Assembly (NCBI GenBank): GCA_040221055.1
Contig: JAVJVN010000012.1
Coordinates: 48,890-112,889, forward strand
Length of the DNA: 64,000 nucleotides
Direction of reading: 5' to 3'
Origin: Rhodothermales bacterium
GTDB lineage: Bacteria; Bacteroidota; Rhodothermia; Rhodothermales; UBA10348
The stretch's first letter is position 1, and each line of letters starts with the position of its first letter. The translations under genes and the position numbers were made by a program. Shown one piece after another: positions 55,651 through 64,000 of this stretch. Under the pieces are notes generated by a model. That model was not told the DNA's origin. It saw only the letters and a list, made by a program, of their open reading frames with translations, and did no database searches.

Positions 55651-56922
55651 ATGGGACTACGTGCACGCATTGAAGCGGCCAGGCAACTGGAGCAGGATGA
55701 GGACCGTCGGTCCTACACCGGTCATGCCCGACGCGGCGGAGGGGGCGATGCGGGCGACGAGCGCCAGATCACGGACCTGGTATCGGGCGTAACGCGCTGG
55801 CGCCGCTACCTGGACTTCCTCGTGGATCATTTCTACAGCGGCGATCCGTCCAATCTGGACCGGAAGGTGCGTACGGTGCTGCGCATGGGGCTCTACGAAC
55901 TCGTCGTCTCCGGGACCGCGTCCCATGCGGCCATCAACGAGAGCGTGGAACTGGCCAAGAAGCACGCCCACCGGCGCGTCTCCGGGCTGGTGAACGGCAT
56001 CCTCAGGGCTGCCCAAAGGGCTGTCGAATCGACCACGTCGGGCTTGGCCGATGGTGGACCCGGGTTGCCTGAACCCCGGACAGGGGACCGGGCCGCGGAC
56101 CTGGCCATCCGGTATTCCCATCCGGACTGGATGGTCCGCCGATGGCTCGCGCGCTGGCCGGAGGAAGAGGTGATCGCCCTCCTGCAGCACAACAATGCGC
56201 CTCCGACGTTTGGCGTGCTCGACATGTCCACCGGTGCGGTGGAATCCGTGACATCGGTGCAGGGACTCATCCGCAGCGGGGCGCTGGCCCGGGGAGATGT
56301 CCGCATCCAGGATGTGGGTGCGGCACAGGTGGTGGATATCCTGGCACCCGAGCCCGGAATGACCATACTGGATGTGTGTGCCGCGCCGGGTGGGAAGGCC
56401 ATTGCTTCGGCCCTCCGTCTGGGTGGTTCGGGTCGGATGATCGCCGCGGACATCCATGCCGACCGTCTGGGGTTGGTCCGCGACGGGGCCGCGAAAGCCG
56501 GACTGGATGTAGTGGAGACGCGGGTCATGGATGCACGCCACCCGGACAATGACCTGGTCGATGCGTGCGATGCGGTGCTCATAGATGCGCCGTGCTCCGG
56601 TCTGGGCGTGCTCTCCAAGCGAGCCGACATGCGTTGGCAAAGAACGGAAGGAGACCTGGAGGAACTGATTGCGCTGCAACGGGAAATACTGGGCGCCACG
56701 GCGCGGTGTGTCCGACCGGGAGGGATCCTTGTATACAGCACCTGCACCACGGAGCCGGAGGAGAACGAACGCCAGGTGGAGGACTTCCTGGCCGCGCACC
56801 CTGGTTTCGTACGGGATCCCATTGAAGCGAATGTGCCGCTGACGCCGTCCGGCGACTACCTGGCGTTGCCGCAGCGGACCGGACACGATGGAGCCTATGC
56901 CGCCCGGTTGCGTCGGCTGTGA
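55651..56922 (+). CDS. rsmB: 16S rRNA (cytosine-C5)-methyltransferase RsmB/Sun-like
   Basis: It has a NusB-like N-domain (TRWRRYLDFLVDHF...LRMGLYEL) and the methyltransferase motifs ILDVCAAPGGKA, DAPCSGLGV and YSTCT. Confidence 0.8.
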   Translation: MGLRARIEAARQLEQDEDRRSYTGHARRGGGGDAGDERQITDLVSGVTRWRRYLDFLVDHFYSGDPSNLDRKVRTVLRMGLYELVVSGTASHAAINESVELAKKHAHRRVSGLVNGILRAAQRAVESTTSGLADGGPGLPEPRTGDRAADLAIRYSHPDWMVRRWLARWPEEEVIALLQHNNAPPTFGVLDMSTGAVESVTSVQGLIRSGALARGDVRIQDVGAAQVVDILAPEPGMTILDVCAAPGGKAIASALRLGGSGRMIAADIHADRLGLVRDGAAKAGLDVVETRVMDARHPDNDLVDACDAVLIDAPCSGLGVLSKRADMRWQRTEGDLEELIALQREILGATARCVRPGGILVYSTCTTEPEENERQVEDFLAAHPGFVRDPIEANVPLTPSGDYLALPQRTGHDGAYAARLRRL

Positions 56923-56983
56923 CGGGAAATTGAAACCTTGTGGAACCGGCTGGCATACGTCATCCTCATCATTCGCGGATTCC

Positions 56984-58045
56984 ATGCGCCTGAACGTCGT
57001 TATTCTGGTCATCATCCTGGCCGTTCTGTCCCCGGAGGCGCACGCCCAGCGTGTGGCCAAGTACGGGGCGGATTTCCTTGCGGGTGGCGTCGGTGCCCGG
57101 GCGCTCGGCATGGGAAGTGCCTTCACGGCATTGGCCGACGACGTATATGCCGGGTACTGGAATCCTGCCGGGCTGCGGGGGGTTGCGGGGCCGGAAATCG
57201 CCTATATGCACGCCGAGCGGTTTGCCGGAGTCGTGAGCTTTGATCATGCGGCCTATGCATGGCCGCTTTCGGATCAGTCCACCGTGTCGGTTTCGATGTT
57301 CCGGAGCGGTGTCAATGACATCAAGAACACGCTCGATGCCTGGGATTCCGTGCGTGACGTGCCGGTCCCGGAAAACATCACGACCTTTTCGGCCGTCGAT
57401 TGGGCGGTGTTTTTCGGGTATGGCCGGGATGTCGGCGAACGCCTGCGTGTGGGTGCGACGGCGAAAGTCATCCGCCGCTCGATCGGCGACTTCGCGGAGG
57501 CCTGGGGCTACAGTTTCGATGCCGGTGCCCAGTACCGCTCGGGATCATGGCGCTTGGGTGTGAATGTCCAGGATATTTCGTCCATGCTACAGAGCTGGAC
57601 CGTGAATGAAGGGGCGCTGACCAATCTGGTGGAAGTATTCGGGGACGACATGCCGGAAGGGGGTACCGAACTGGTACTGCCTGTGGTTCGAATGGGTGCG
57701 GCCCGGTTGTTTGCCACCGGATCGGGAGTGGCCACGGTGTCCGCAGATGTCGATGTGGCGTTCGACGGGCAGCAGGCCAACGCCTGGAACGCGGGCGACG
57801 TATCGTTTCATCCCCGGGTCGGGGCCGAGTATGCCTATCGTGACGCCGTCGCCGTGCGGGCCGGGTTGAGTCGCATCCAGCATATTGAGGGAGATGGGCT
57901 CGATATTGTACCGACCATCGGAGCCGGATTGCACGTCCGCCGCATCCGTATCGATTACGGATTCGGAGATTTCGCCGGTCTGGTGGCGGATCTGGGGTGT
58001 TCGCATCGTATTTCCGTCAGTTTCCTCATCCGCGCCACCGAGTAA
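56984..58045 (+). CDS. PorV/PorQ-family (FadL-like fold) outer-membrane beta-barrel protein, second copy
   Basis: The ATG at 56984 gives MRLNVVILVIILAVLSPEAHAQ (a signal peptide). It has the signature GARALGMGSAFTALADDVYAGYWNPAGL, and the 353-aa barrel ends in ISVSFLI... Confidence 0.6.
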   Translation: MRLNVVILVIILAVLSPEAHAQRVAKYGADFLAGGVGARALGMGSAFTALADDVYAGYWNPAGLRGVAGPEIAYMHAERFAGVVSFDHAAYAWPLSDQSTVSVSMFRSGVNDIKNTLDAWDSVRDVPVPENITTFSAVDWAVFFGYGRDVGERLRVGATAKVIRRSIGDFAEAWGYSFDAGAQYRSGSWRLGVNVQDISSMLQSWTVNEGALTNLVEVFGDDMPEGGTELVLPVVRMGAARLFATGSGVATVSADVDVAFDGQQANAWNAGDVSFHPRVGAEYAYRDAVAVRAGLSRIQHIEGDGLDIVPTIGAGLHVRRIRIDYGFGDFAGLVADLGCSHRISVSFLIRATE

Positions 58046-58054
58046 GGCCACGAC

Positions 58055-59059
58055 ATGGAATCGGGCGACAACGGTACGATCTCATTGATCATTCCCCTCT
58101 TCAACGAGGAGGACATGATACCCGTGCTCATCCGGGAGATTGAAGCTTTCCGGGCAGCTAGGGCTGCATTGGGGGATGCCGTTGATGTCCTGTTGGTGGA
58201 TGACGGCAGCCGGGACGGGACTTTTGCTCGTGTCCAGGAGCGCGTCGCGGCCCTGGAAGGCTACACGGTCATCCGGTTTTCGCGGAATTTCGGGCACCAA
58301 TTGGCCGTCACGGCAGGACTGGAACTGTGCCGGGCTGACGCGGCCATCATCCTGGACGCGGATCTGCAGGATCCGTTGGACGTGGCGGGTGCCATGATTG
58401 ACCGCTGGAAGGAAGGATACGATGTTGTCTATGGCATCCGCCGGGCGCGTGTGGGCATGACGTTCATGGAACGGTGGACGGCGCGGTGGTTCTACCGGTT
58501 TTTCCGGTCCTTCACGGCGGTCGATGCCCCGGTCGACGCGGGGGACTTCCGCCTGGTGTCCCGCCGCGTGATGGACGCCTACGCGCGCCTCGGGGAGCAG
58601 CAGCCCTATGTGAGAGGGCTCATTGCGTGGTTGGGCTTCAATCAGACAGGCATTGAATATGACCGGCCGGGGAGGGCAGCCGGAACGTCCAAGTATCCCA
58701 TGCGGAAACGACTCCAGTTGGCCATGGACGGTGTGGCATCGTTTTCCACCCAACCACTCAAGTATGCCGTCCGGTTGGGACTCCTGATCGCGCTTGGATC
58801 GGTGGCCGGGCTCATCTGGGTCCTGCTGACCAAATATGTGTTCGGTACGGCCATCACCGGGTGGGCATCGTTGATTTTTGCGGCGTTCTTCTTCGGAGGT
58901 CTCCAGTTGTTCTTCCTGGGTATCGTCGGATCGTACCTTGCCCGGGTCTACGAAGAGGTGAAGGGTCGTCCCCGGTACGTGGTCCAGGACTCCTGGATGT
59001 CCGGTGACACGGTTCAACATGGTTCAGGAGCAAAAGCGGATGTCCGTGGTTTGACGTGA
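58055..59059 (+). CDS. family 2 glycosyltransferase (polyprenol-phosphate glycosyltransferase, GtrB/ArnC-like)
   Basis: It has ISLIIPLFNEE, VDDGSRDGT and the DxD motif in ILDADLQDP. Two C-terminal TM helices are typical of the Dpm1/GtrB type. Confidence 0.8.
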   Translation: MESGDNGTISLIIPLFNEEDMIPVLIREIEAFRAARAALGDAVDVLLVDDGSRDGTFARVQERVAALEGYTVIRFSRNFGHQLAVTAGLELCRADAAIILDADLQDPLDVAGAMIDRWKEGYDVVYGIRRARVGMTFMERWTARWFYRFFRSFTAVDAPVDAGDFRLVSRRVMDAYARLGEQQPYVRGLIAWLGFNQTGIEYDRPGRAAGTSKYPMRKRLQLAMDGVASFSTQPLKYAVRLGLLIALGSVAGLIWVLLTKYVFGTAITGWASLIFAAFFFGGLQLFFLGIVGSYLARVYEEVKGRPRYVVQDSWMSGDTVQHGSGAKADVRGLT

Positions 59060-59060
59060 T

Positions 59061-59822
59061 ATGAAGCGGTTTACGGAAGCAGACAGAACAGGATTGGTGG
59101 TGAGCCTGCTGGTTCACGCCGCCGTTCTGCTGTTGCTCTGGTTCATGACGCCGACACCGATCGAGAAACAGCCTATCGGATTCCTGGAGGTCGAGTTCGG
59201 CCCGATTTCCGAAGGCCGACCCGTGCAGCAGGCGCCCGAGCGGCCCGTACCGCAGGAAGCAGATGAACCGGAGCCTGAGGAATTGGAAGAGACGCCACCG
59301 GCCGCTCCGCCGGAGGAAGCCAAACCTGTGGATTTGCCCGAACAAACCGACGATATCGCATCGGAGGATGTGGTTGAGAATGTCGAAACGGACGTGATTG
59401 CTCCCGAACAGGCGACGACACAGGAGGAAGTGGTGGACGAGGAGCCTCAGCCTGAACGGGAGATCGTGCGGCCGCTGGGCAGCGGTGCCCTTACCGATGA
59501 ATCCGCCGATGCATCCGGTGATGCGGGCACCGGCAGTGACGAGCGGGTGTCCGCTCCGTTCCAGATCGAAGGCTTGAACCGGTCGCCGGTCGCCACGCCA
59601 CTTCCGGCGTATGCCGAACAGGTCAACGCGCTCATCCGGGTGCGGATAACGGTGAATCCACAGGGACGGATCATTGAACGGATCCCGCTCATCAAGGGTA
59701 ATCCGACGCTGGAACAGTCCGTGATGGATGCGCTCCTCCGCTGGCAATTCAACCCACTGCCCCCGAACGCGCCCCAAGAGAACCAGACCGGTGTGATTTC
59801 CTTCCGGTTCCGGCTGCAGTAG
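59061..59822 (+). CDS. TonB-family energy transducer
   Basis: It has an N-terminal TM (LVVSLLVHAAVLLLLWF), a Pro/Glu-rich spacer (PEPEELEETPPAAPPEEAKP), and a C-terminal TonB_C-like fold (YAEQVNALIRVRITVNPQGRI...ALLRWQFNP). It starts 1 nt after the GT2 stop. Confidence 0.8.
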   Translation: MKRFTEADRTGLVVSLLVHAAVLLLLWFMTPTPIEKQPIGFLEVEFGPISEGRPVQQAPERPVPQEADEPEPEELEETPPAAPPEEAKPVDLPEQTDDIASEDVVENVETDVIAPEQATTQEEVVDEEPQPEREIVRPLGSGALTDESADASGDAGTGSDERVSAPFQIEGLNRSPVATPLPAYAEQVNALIRVRITVNPQGRIIERIPLIKGNPTLEQSVMDALLRWQFNPLPPNAPQENQTGVISFRFRLQ

Positions 59823-59826
59823 GCGT

Positions 59827-61221
59827 TCAGCGGCCACCCCAGATTTTCGGGAAGCGGCTGCGCACCCGATCGGTTTGCTCCTCATTCCTGAATGGCTCCG
59901 CCAGACCCAGTCCGATCGGGCCCGAACGGGCCACGAGTACGGCCAGCTGATCGGCCGATGCCGAAGCACGTGTGACGGGTACGTCCTTCCGGTCCAGGAA
60001 CCACTGGATGGCCGATTCCGGTATGTCCACCCATCCATCGGTCACATGGGGAGCCAGGAATTGGACCGCTGCCGTGGACAGCCGGCGGTCCCCGTACTTC
60101 AGGTTCCGTCCCGGGAGGCCGACGGCCGAGGGTTCAATACCGACCGGAAGGCGGATTGCCGCATTCACCAGCCGATCGTACTTGGAGCCGGCCAGGCATC
60201 CAAGGCTTTCCGACACCGACGCAGGAAGACCGAGGTGGACCCACGGGCTTTCCCCGGATGGCAGGCCATGTATGCGCGGATGGGCGGGACCCGGTCCGGA
60301 GGGAGCGGTCCGGTCCGCGTGCGGACGGGAGGGGGCATCTGGTTTGCGAAGGAGGGCGGCAAAGAATCCGCCCGTGTCGTTCCTGTGGGGCCACAGCCGC
60401 AGGGCATTGCGGACGTCAGGGTGGTAGGTTGCGCCTTTCCATTGGGTGATGCCGGGGTCCGTCCGGAGGCCGGAAATCGATGCGGGCTCCACGGTCACGC
60501 CCGGATGACGGCGGAGTACGCGGTCCAGGACGGCCTCGTTTTCCTCGGGAGCAAACGTGCAGGTGGCATAACAGATGCGGCCGCCGGGACGGACCAAGCG
60601 GACCGCTTCGGACAACAGGCGGACCTGAAGGGCCTGATGGGCCTCACGATTCTGTTGGGCGACAAGGACATCCGGGTTCTTCCTGCAGGTACCTTCACAG
60701 GAGCACGGTGCATCCACCATGACGGCGTCGAACGCGTTCGAGGGCCCTGGCCAACGAGTCCCGTCCTGGATGGTCATGACGACATTCACCAGGCCCAGGC
60801 GATTGACGGTGGTCTGGATGATGCCGGCGCGGGCCCGTGAAATGTCGTTCGCCACGACCGTGCCGGTCAGGCCGACCGATAGCGCCAATTCGGCCGTCTT
60901 GTTTCCCGGAGCCGCACACAGATCCAGAATGTACTCTCCCGGTGCGGCATCCAGCAGACGCGCGGCCAGCAACGCGCTCTCTTCCTGGAAATGCCAACCG
61001 CCCAACAACCAGGAGCGGGTGAATTCCTCATCCCGCTCGGCCCGGAGTCGCCAGGCATGCTGTCTCCAGGAAACGGCATCGCGGTCCAGATGGCTCAATG
61101 CAGCGGCAGCCTCCCGCAAGGGATGCATCCAGACGGTCTCGGGAAGGGGCTGTGAGCAGGCATCCGTGAAGGCCGAATGGTCATCCACCAGGCCCGTGTA
61201 TCGTTCAAGTATTGAGTTCAC
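59827..61221 (-). CDS. NOL1/NOP2/Sun-family RNA m5C methyltransferase (RsmF-like)
   Basis: It has the motifs ILDLCAAPGNKT, DAPCSCEGTCRKNPD and YATCTFAPEENE, plus a C-terminal extension as in RsmF. Its start overlaps the upstream OMP gene's stop by 4 nt. Confidence 0.75.
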   Translation of the reverse strand: MNSILERYTGLVDDHSAFTDACSQPLPETVWMHPLREAAAALSHLDRDAVSWRQHAWRLRAERDEEFTRSWLLGGWHFQEESALLAARLLDAAPGEYILDLCAAPGNKTAELALSVGLTGTVVANDISRARAGIIQTTVNRLGLVNVVMTIQDGTRWPGPSNAFDAVMVDAPCSCEGTCRKNPDVLVAQQNREAHQALQVRLLSEAVRLVRPGGRICYATCTFAPEENEAVLDRVLRRHPGVTVEPASISGLRTDPGITQWKGATYHPDVRNALRLWPHRNDTGGFFAALLRKPDAPSRPHADRTAPSGPGPAHPRIHGLPSGESPWVHLGLPASVSESLGCLAGSKYDRLVNAAIRLPVGIEPSAVGLPGRNLKYGDRRLSTAAVQFLAPHVTDGWVDIPESAIQWFLDRKDVPVTRASASADQLAVLVARSGPIGLGLAEPFRNEEQTDRVRSRFPKIWGGR

Positions 61222-63158
61222 AGGCGTATGTCAAGACGAAGTCGCACAGCGAGTTGTTCATTGGCTCCCTCGGGGTGCATGCGCAGATCCACATCGGGCA
61301 GGTTCAGGATGCCGAAGGACACCGACCCATGGTCACCGACGACCTGTTTCGTGACCGTCGCTTCGGTACGCAGGGTCCAGGGACGCTGCCACTGGTCCCC
61401 CGACTGGAACGTTCTGTGCTGGTACCAGGCATGCGGGGCACGCAATGAGGCAAACAACCGGAATGCGACACGGGGACGGATGCGACGGTTCAGATGCAGG
61501 TCCACGATGTGCATGGGCAACCCTTCCATGGCCAGCCAGAACGGCAGACTGCCGTCAGCAATGCGCCGCGTATACCGGTAGGACAGGGTTGTCCAGATGT
61601 CCTTGGCGGGTCGATGGTCCACCTGGACGGCTGCCGTGGCCATCCGGCCATCAATACCCGTCCGGATATGGGTTTCCCTGAACACCGGAGAGGGCCGCTC
61701 CACATGGGTCCGGGCCAGCGCGGGCACGGTCAGCCCGGCGGATTCGCGTACCGAAGCGGTCGTCCGGATGCGCCAGTCCGGGGCCAACCAGGTCCATTCA
61801 ACGGATGCGTCCACAATCCGTTCACGCGTGGAATATCCCGGATCGGACAGGATTCCGGTATCGTCGGCCACCGGTATGAAGTCGGCAAAGGATACACCGG
61901 CGCGGTGCATTTCCAGGAAGGTCGTACCGACGGACGGGCGCCGCGACTGCATTCCGATACGAAGTTCCAAAGTGTGACGCGTGGTCCGGACGGGTCGTAC
62001 GAAGGCCGTCGCGGCGCCCGAATGGGGCGATGACGGGGCCGGGGACGACCGGCGTTCCACGGCTTCCGTCCAGAACCTGACGGATATGCCCCCGTCGGGC
62101 GATTCAATACCCAGGCCGGTCGACGCCGTCAGCGTCCTTGGTACGGACAGCGCCGCCTGACGGATATCCTGCGCGAAGGCTCCGGCGTCGAGGCGGGCCG
62201 ACCACCCCGGCCACTCGCGTGACAGCCAGGCCGCGAACCGGCCCGTCCGGACCGAAATCGGCTCTGGAGGCGCAATCCGGAGGGAGCGCGAGCCGACGGT
62301 CCGGTCGTGAGCGGAAATCCGCATGCCGGACTGCCACGGCCCATGGGCGGCGCGTTCCACCTGGATGGTCAGCGATTGCTCCTCCTCCCGGGTCGGCCAC
62401 TCGCGCCCCAAAGCCGCCACGTACCGGAAGTCCCGGATGCGCGTCAATGTGGCCAGTGACTGGATGCGGAGGTTGGACCGGTCCACGTGCGCCCGTATCC
62501 AGGGGGCATGGATGCGTACGCGAGGTCGATCCTGCTCCGCATAGGAGTTCCAGACGCGATCGGCATAGGCCGGGTCGGTCATATGATGCTCGTCAAACCG
62601 GTATCCGGCCTCCATGAACGTATCCGATTTCCGATAGGCCACCACGGACTCCACAGCCGGTCCCGAGCGGTCCACGTTCCGGGCATCGGCACTCCTGAAC
62701 AGATCCGGACCCGGATCGCCTGTTTCATTCACCGGCATGACGGAAGTCCTTGCACTCCATCCTTCAGCGTGTCGCGTGCGCACCACGATCGCACCGTCCG
62801 ACGGCATGCGGTCGCCGAAAAAGACCCATCCCGAACGCGCGTACAGGGTATCCAGGGCCACTGTGGCCACGGGCAGGGCGTTCCACTGCACGGCACCCAG
62901 GAACGACTCGCCGATGGGCATGCCGTCGAGCATCACTACCGTGGGGCCGCTCATGGCCCCGGACAAACCCAACGCACCGCCCAGTCCTTGTCCGGCCAGA
63001 TGGGTATGGAACCGGTCCAGCGTCGTGGAATGCATGCCGGGCAGATTACGCAGTTCGTCGGACAGTCGTGTGGACGCGTGTTGCGCCGCGGACGGCGTGA
63101 CCAGGCCCAATCCCGTCAGCAGCAAGAAGACGGACCTGAGCGTCCTGAACCTGATCAT
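61218..63158 (-). CDS. divergent TonB-dependent-receptor-like outer membrane beta-barrel protein
   Basis: It has a signal peptide (…VTPSAAQ) and plug-like segments (TVVMLDGMPIGES, GAIVVRTR), followed by ~500 aa of alternating beta-strand pattern. It has no terminal Phe (it ends LRLDIRL). Confidence 0.5.
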   Translation of the reverse strand: MIRFRTLRSVFLLLTGLGLVTPSAAQHASTRLSDELRNLPGMHSTTLDRFHTHLAGQGLGGALGLSGAMSGPTVVMLDGMPIGESFLGAVQWNALPVATVALDTLYARSGWVFFGDRMPSDGAIVVRTRHAEGWSARTSVMPVNETGDPGPDLFRSADARNVDRSGPAVESVVAYRKSDTFMEAGYRFDEHHMTDPAYADRVWNSYAEQDRPRVRIHAPWIRAHVDRSNLRIQSLATLTRIRDFRYVAALGREWPTREEEQSLTIQVERAAHGPWQSGMRISAHDRTVGSRSLRIAPPEPISVRTGRFAAWLSREWPGWSARLDAGAFAQDIRQAALSVPRTLTASTGLGIESPDGGISVRFWTEAVERRSSPAPSSPHSGAATAFVRPVRTTRHTLELRIGMQSRRPSVGTTFLEMHRAGVSFADFIPVADDTGILSDPGYSTRERIVDASVEWTWLAPDWRIRTTASVRESAGLTVPALARTHVERPSPVFRETHIRTGIDGRMATAAVQVDHRPAKDIWTTLSYRYTRRIADGSLPFWLAMEGLPMHIVDLHLNRRIRPRVAFRLFASLRAPHAWYQHRTFQSGDQWQRPWTLRTEATVTKQVVGDHGSVSFGILNLPDVDLRMHPEGANEQLAVRLRLDIRL

Positions 63159-63754
63159 TCGAGGACCCTCCCAAGCCAGGTCGGCATGTCAACGGGGAGG
63201 GACAACCCGACACTGGCCTGCACGGCATCCATCCGGTTCATGGTGAAGGTCCGGATCCACATGGCTTCGGCGACGACGCGCCAATCCTGCCACAGCCGGA
63301 CCTGGAGCCGGACCACCGGCGCCACGGCGAACTCACTCTCCCGCCGTTGGCCTGCAACCGCATCCGTATCGAATACCATGAAATAGTTGCCCATCCGCAC
63401 GCCGCCGGCGAGGTCGGTTCTCGGCCCCATGCGGCCTTCAACGTGGGCGCCCACGAACGCATAGACCGAAACCCACCAGGGAAGGGGCTGACCGTTCAGT
63501 CCCGTGGCTCCCTGGTTCGGTGACCATCCTTGGCCATGCAGACCGGTTTCGAGGAATCCTTCGTAAAACGGAGTCCGAGCCGTCACTTGGCCGGCCCAAT
63601 CCTGTCGCCAATCCTCCGTACCGGCAAGCGACAGCGGAAGGGACCCGGCCACATGCAGGTCCAGTCGATCGAAACCGGACTGGGCCATGGCTGGATGCAG
63701 TCCGATGAGCCCCATTGCCAGCAGGGCCGCAGTACAGCGGAGAAGCAACTTCAC
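63155..63754 (-). CDS. small hypothetical outer-membrane/periplasmic protein
   Basis: I chose the GTG at 63754, which overlaps the upstream gene's stop (GTGA). It gives (M)KLLLRCTAALLAMGLIGLHPAMAQ, a signal peptide, followed by beta-rich sequence. Confidence 0.55.
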   Translation of the reverse strand: MKLLLRCTAALLAMGLIGLHPAMAQSGFDRLDLHVAGSLPLSLAGTEDWRQDWAGQVTARTPFYEGFLETGLHGQGWSPNQGATGLNGQPLPWWVSVYAFVGAHVEGRMGPRTDLAGGVRMGNYFMVFDTDAVAGQRRESEFAVAPVVRLQVRLWQDWRVVAEAMWIRTFTMNRMDAVQASVGLSLPVDMPTWLGRVLE

Positions 63755-64000
63755 GGTGAGAGGGAGCCGCCCCGGTTCATCAGCCACCCGAGCAGTACCG
63801 TGCCCGTGAACCGTGTCCCGGTCGTACCCGAAGCATCAACCAGGGAGCCGTGGGCGATACCGGCATCCAGCCGGGCGTACAGGCCGCGCGCATGCATGGC
63901 CGACACCCGAACGGACGGGCGGACCACGGACCGGACCGTCCCCGCAAGCAATCCGGACGTGCCCGACGACGGGAATGGTTGACGGAAGTCGCCCTCTCCC
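63751..64000 (-). CDS. 3' end of a gene continuing beyond the window (beta-barrel-like sequence)
   Basis: The frame is open from nt 64000 down to the TGA at 63751-63753 (...GEGDFRQPFPSSGTSGLLAGTVRSVVRPSVRVSAMHARGLYARLDAGIAHGSLVDASG...). It heads the same co-directional string. Confidence 0.45.
   Translation of the reverse strand, partial: GEGDFRQPFPSSGTSGLLAGTVRSVVRPSVRVSAMHARGLYARLDAGIAHGSLVDASGTTGTRFTGTVLLGWLMNRGGSLSP

Noticed and set aside
53209-57126. Long minus-strand ORFs 53209..54204, 54834..55625 and 55657..57126
   Set aside because: They are antisense to the CDF, FAD-oxidoreductase and rsmB genes, all of which have clear family motifs on the plus strand.

Overview
GC-rich (by eye about two-thirds G+C), almost fully coding chromosomal segment. 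I call about 55 CDS. I recognised no rRNA, tRNA, CRISPR array or mobile element. The gene content suggests a high-GC FCB-group bacterium, possibly Rhodothermales-like (inference only): T9SS C-terminal sorting domains, PorV/PorQ-like barrels, TonB-dependent receptors, many lipoboxes, and a cbb3 oxidase with separate ccoN/ccoO and a monoheme ccoP.

Layout:
- 1-7040: NRDE protein, hydrolase-OsmC fusion, dipeptide epimerase plus a coupled unknown, HtrA, and Mpl (murein-peptide recycling flavour).
- 7051-14294: tetR-tolC-MFP-RND efflux operon; the RND pump carries a large extra membrane insertion.
- 16474-28987: a tightly packed 7-gene envelope operon with three T9SS-sorted proteins, a PorV/PorQ-like barrel, a TonB-dependent receptor without a SusD-like partner, and two lipoproteins. 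One cargo gene is split by a single in-frame TAG. This is my best candidate for an undescribed system.
- 30537-39030: complete cbb3 oxidase cluster (ccoNOQP-GH-IS plus a TauE-like gene).
- 39213-50245: housekeeping genes (mdh, glgA, alkaline phosphatase, DnaQ-GIY-YIG fusion, M14 peptidase, spmA/spmB-like).
- 50246-50540: a structured leader with an intrinsic terminator upstream of the spmA-like gene (candidate riboswitch or attenuator).
- 50541-52873: tandem GH18-like paralogs.
- 53272-59822: CDF, FAD oxidoreductase, rsmB, a second PorV/PorQ-like gene, GT2 and TonB.
- 59827-64000: outer-membrane barrel genes translationally coupled to an RsmF-like methyltransferase.

ATGA/GTGA start-stop overlaps are pervasive. 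All family assignments come from motif recognition by eye; no database search was run.
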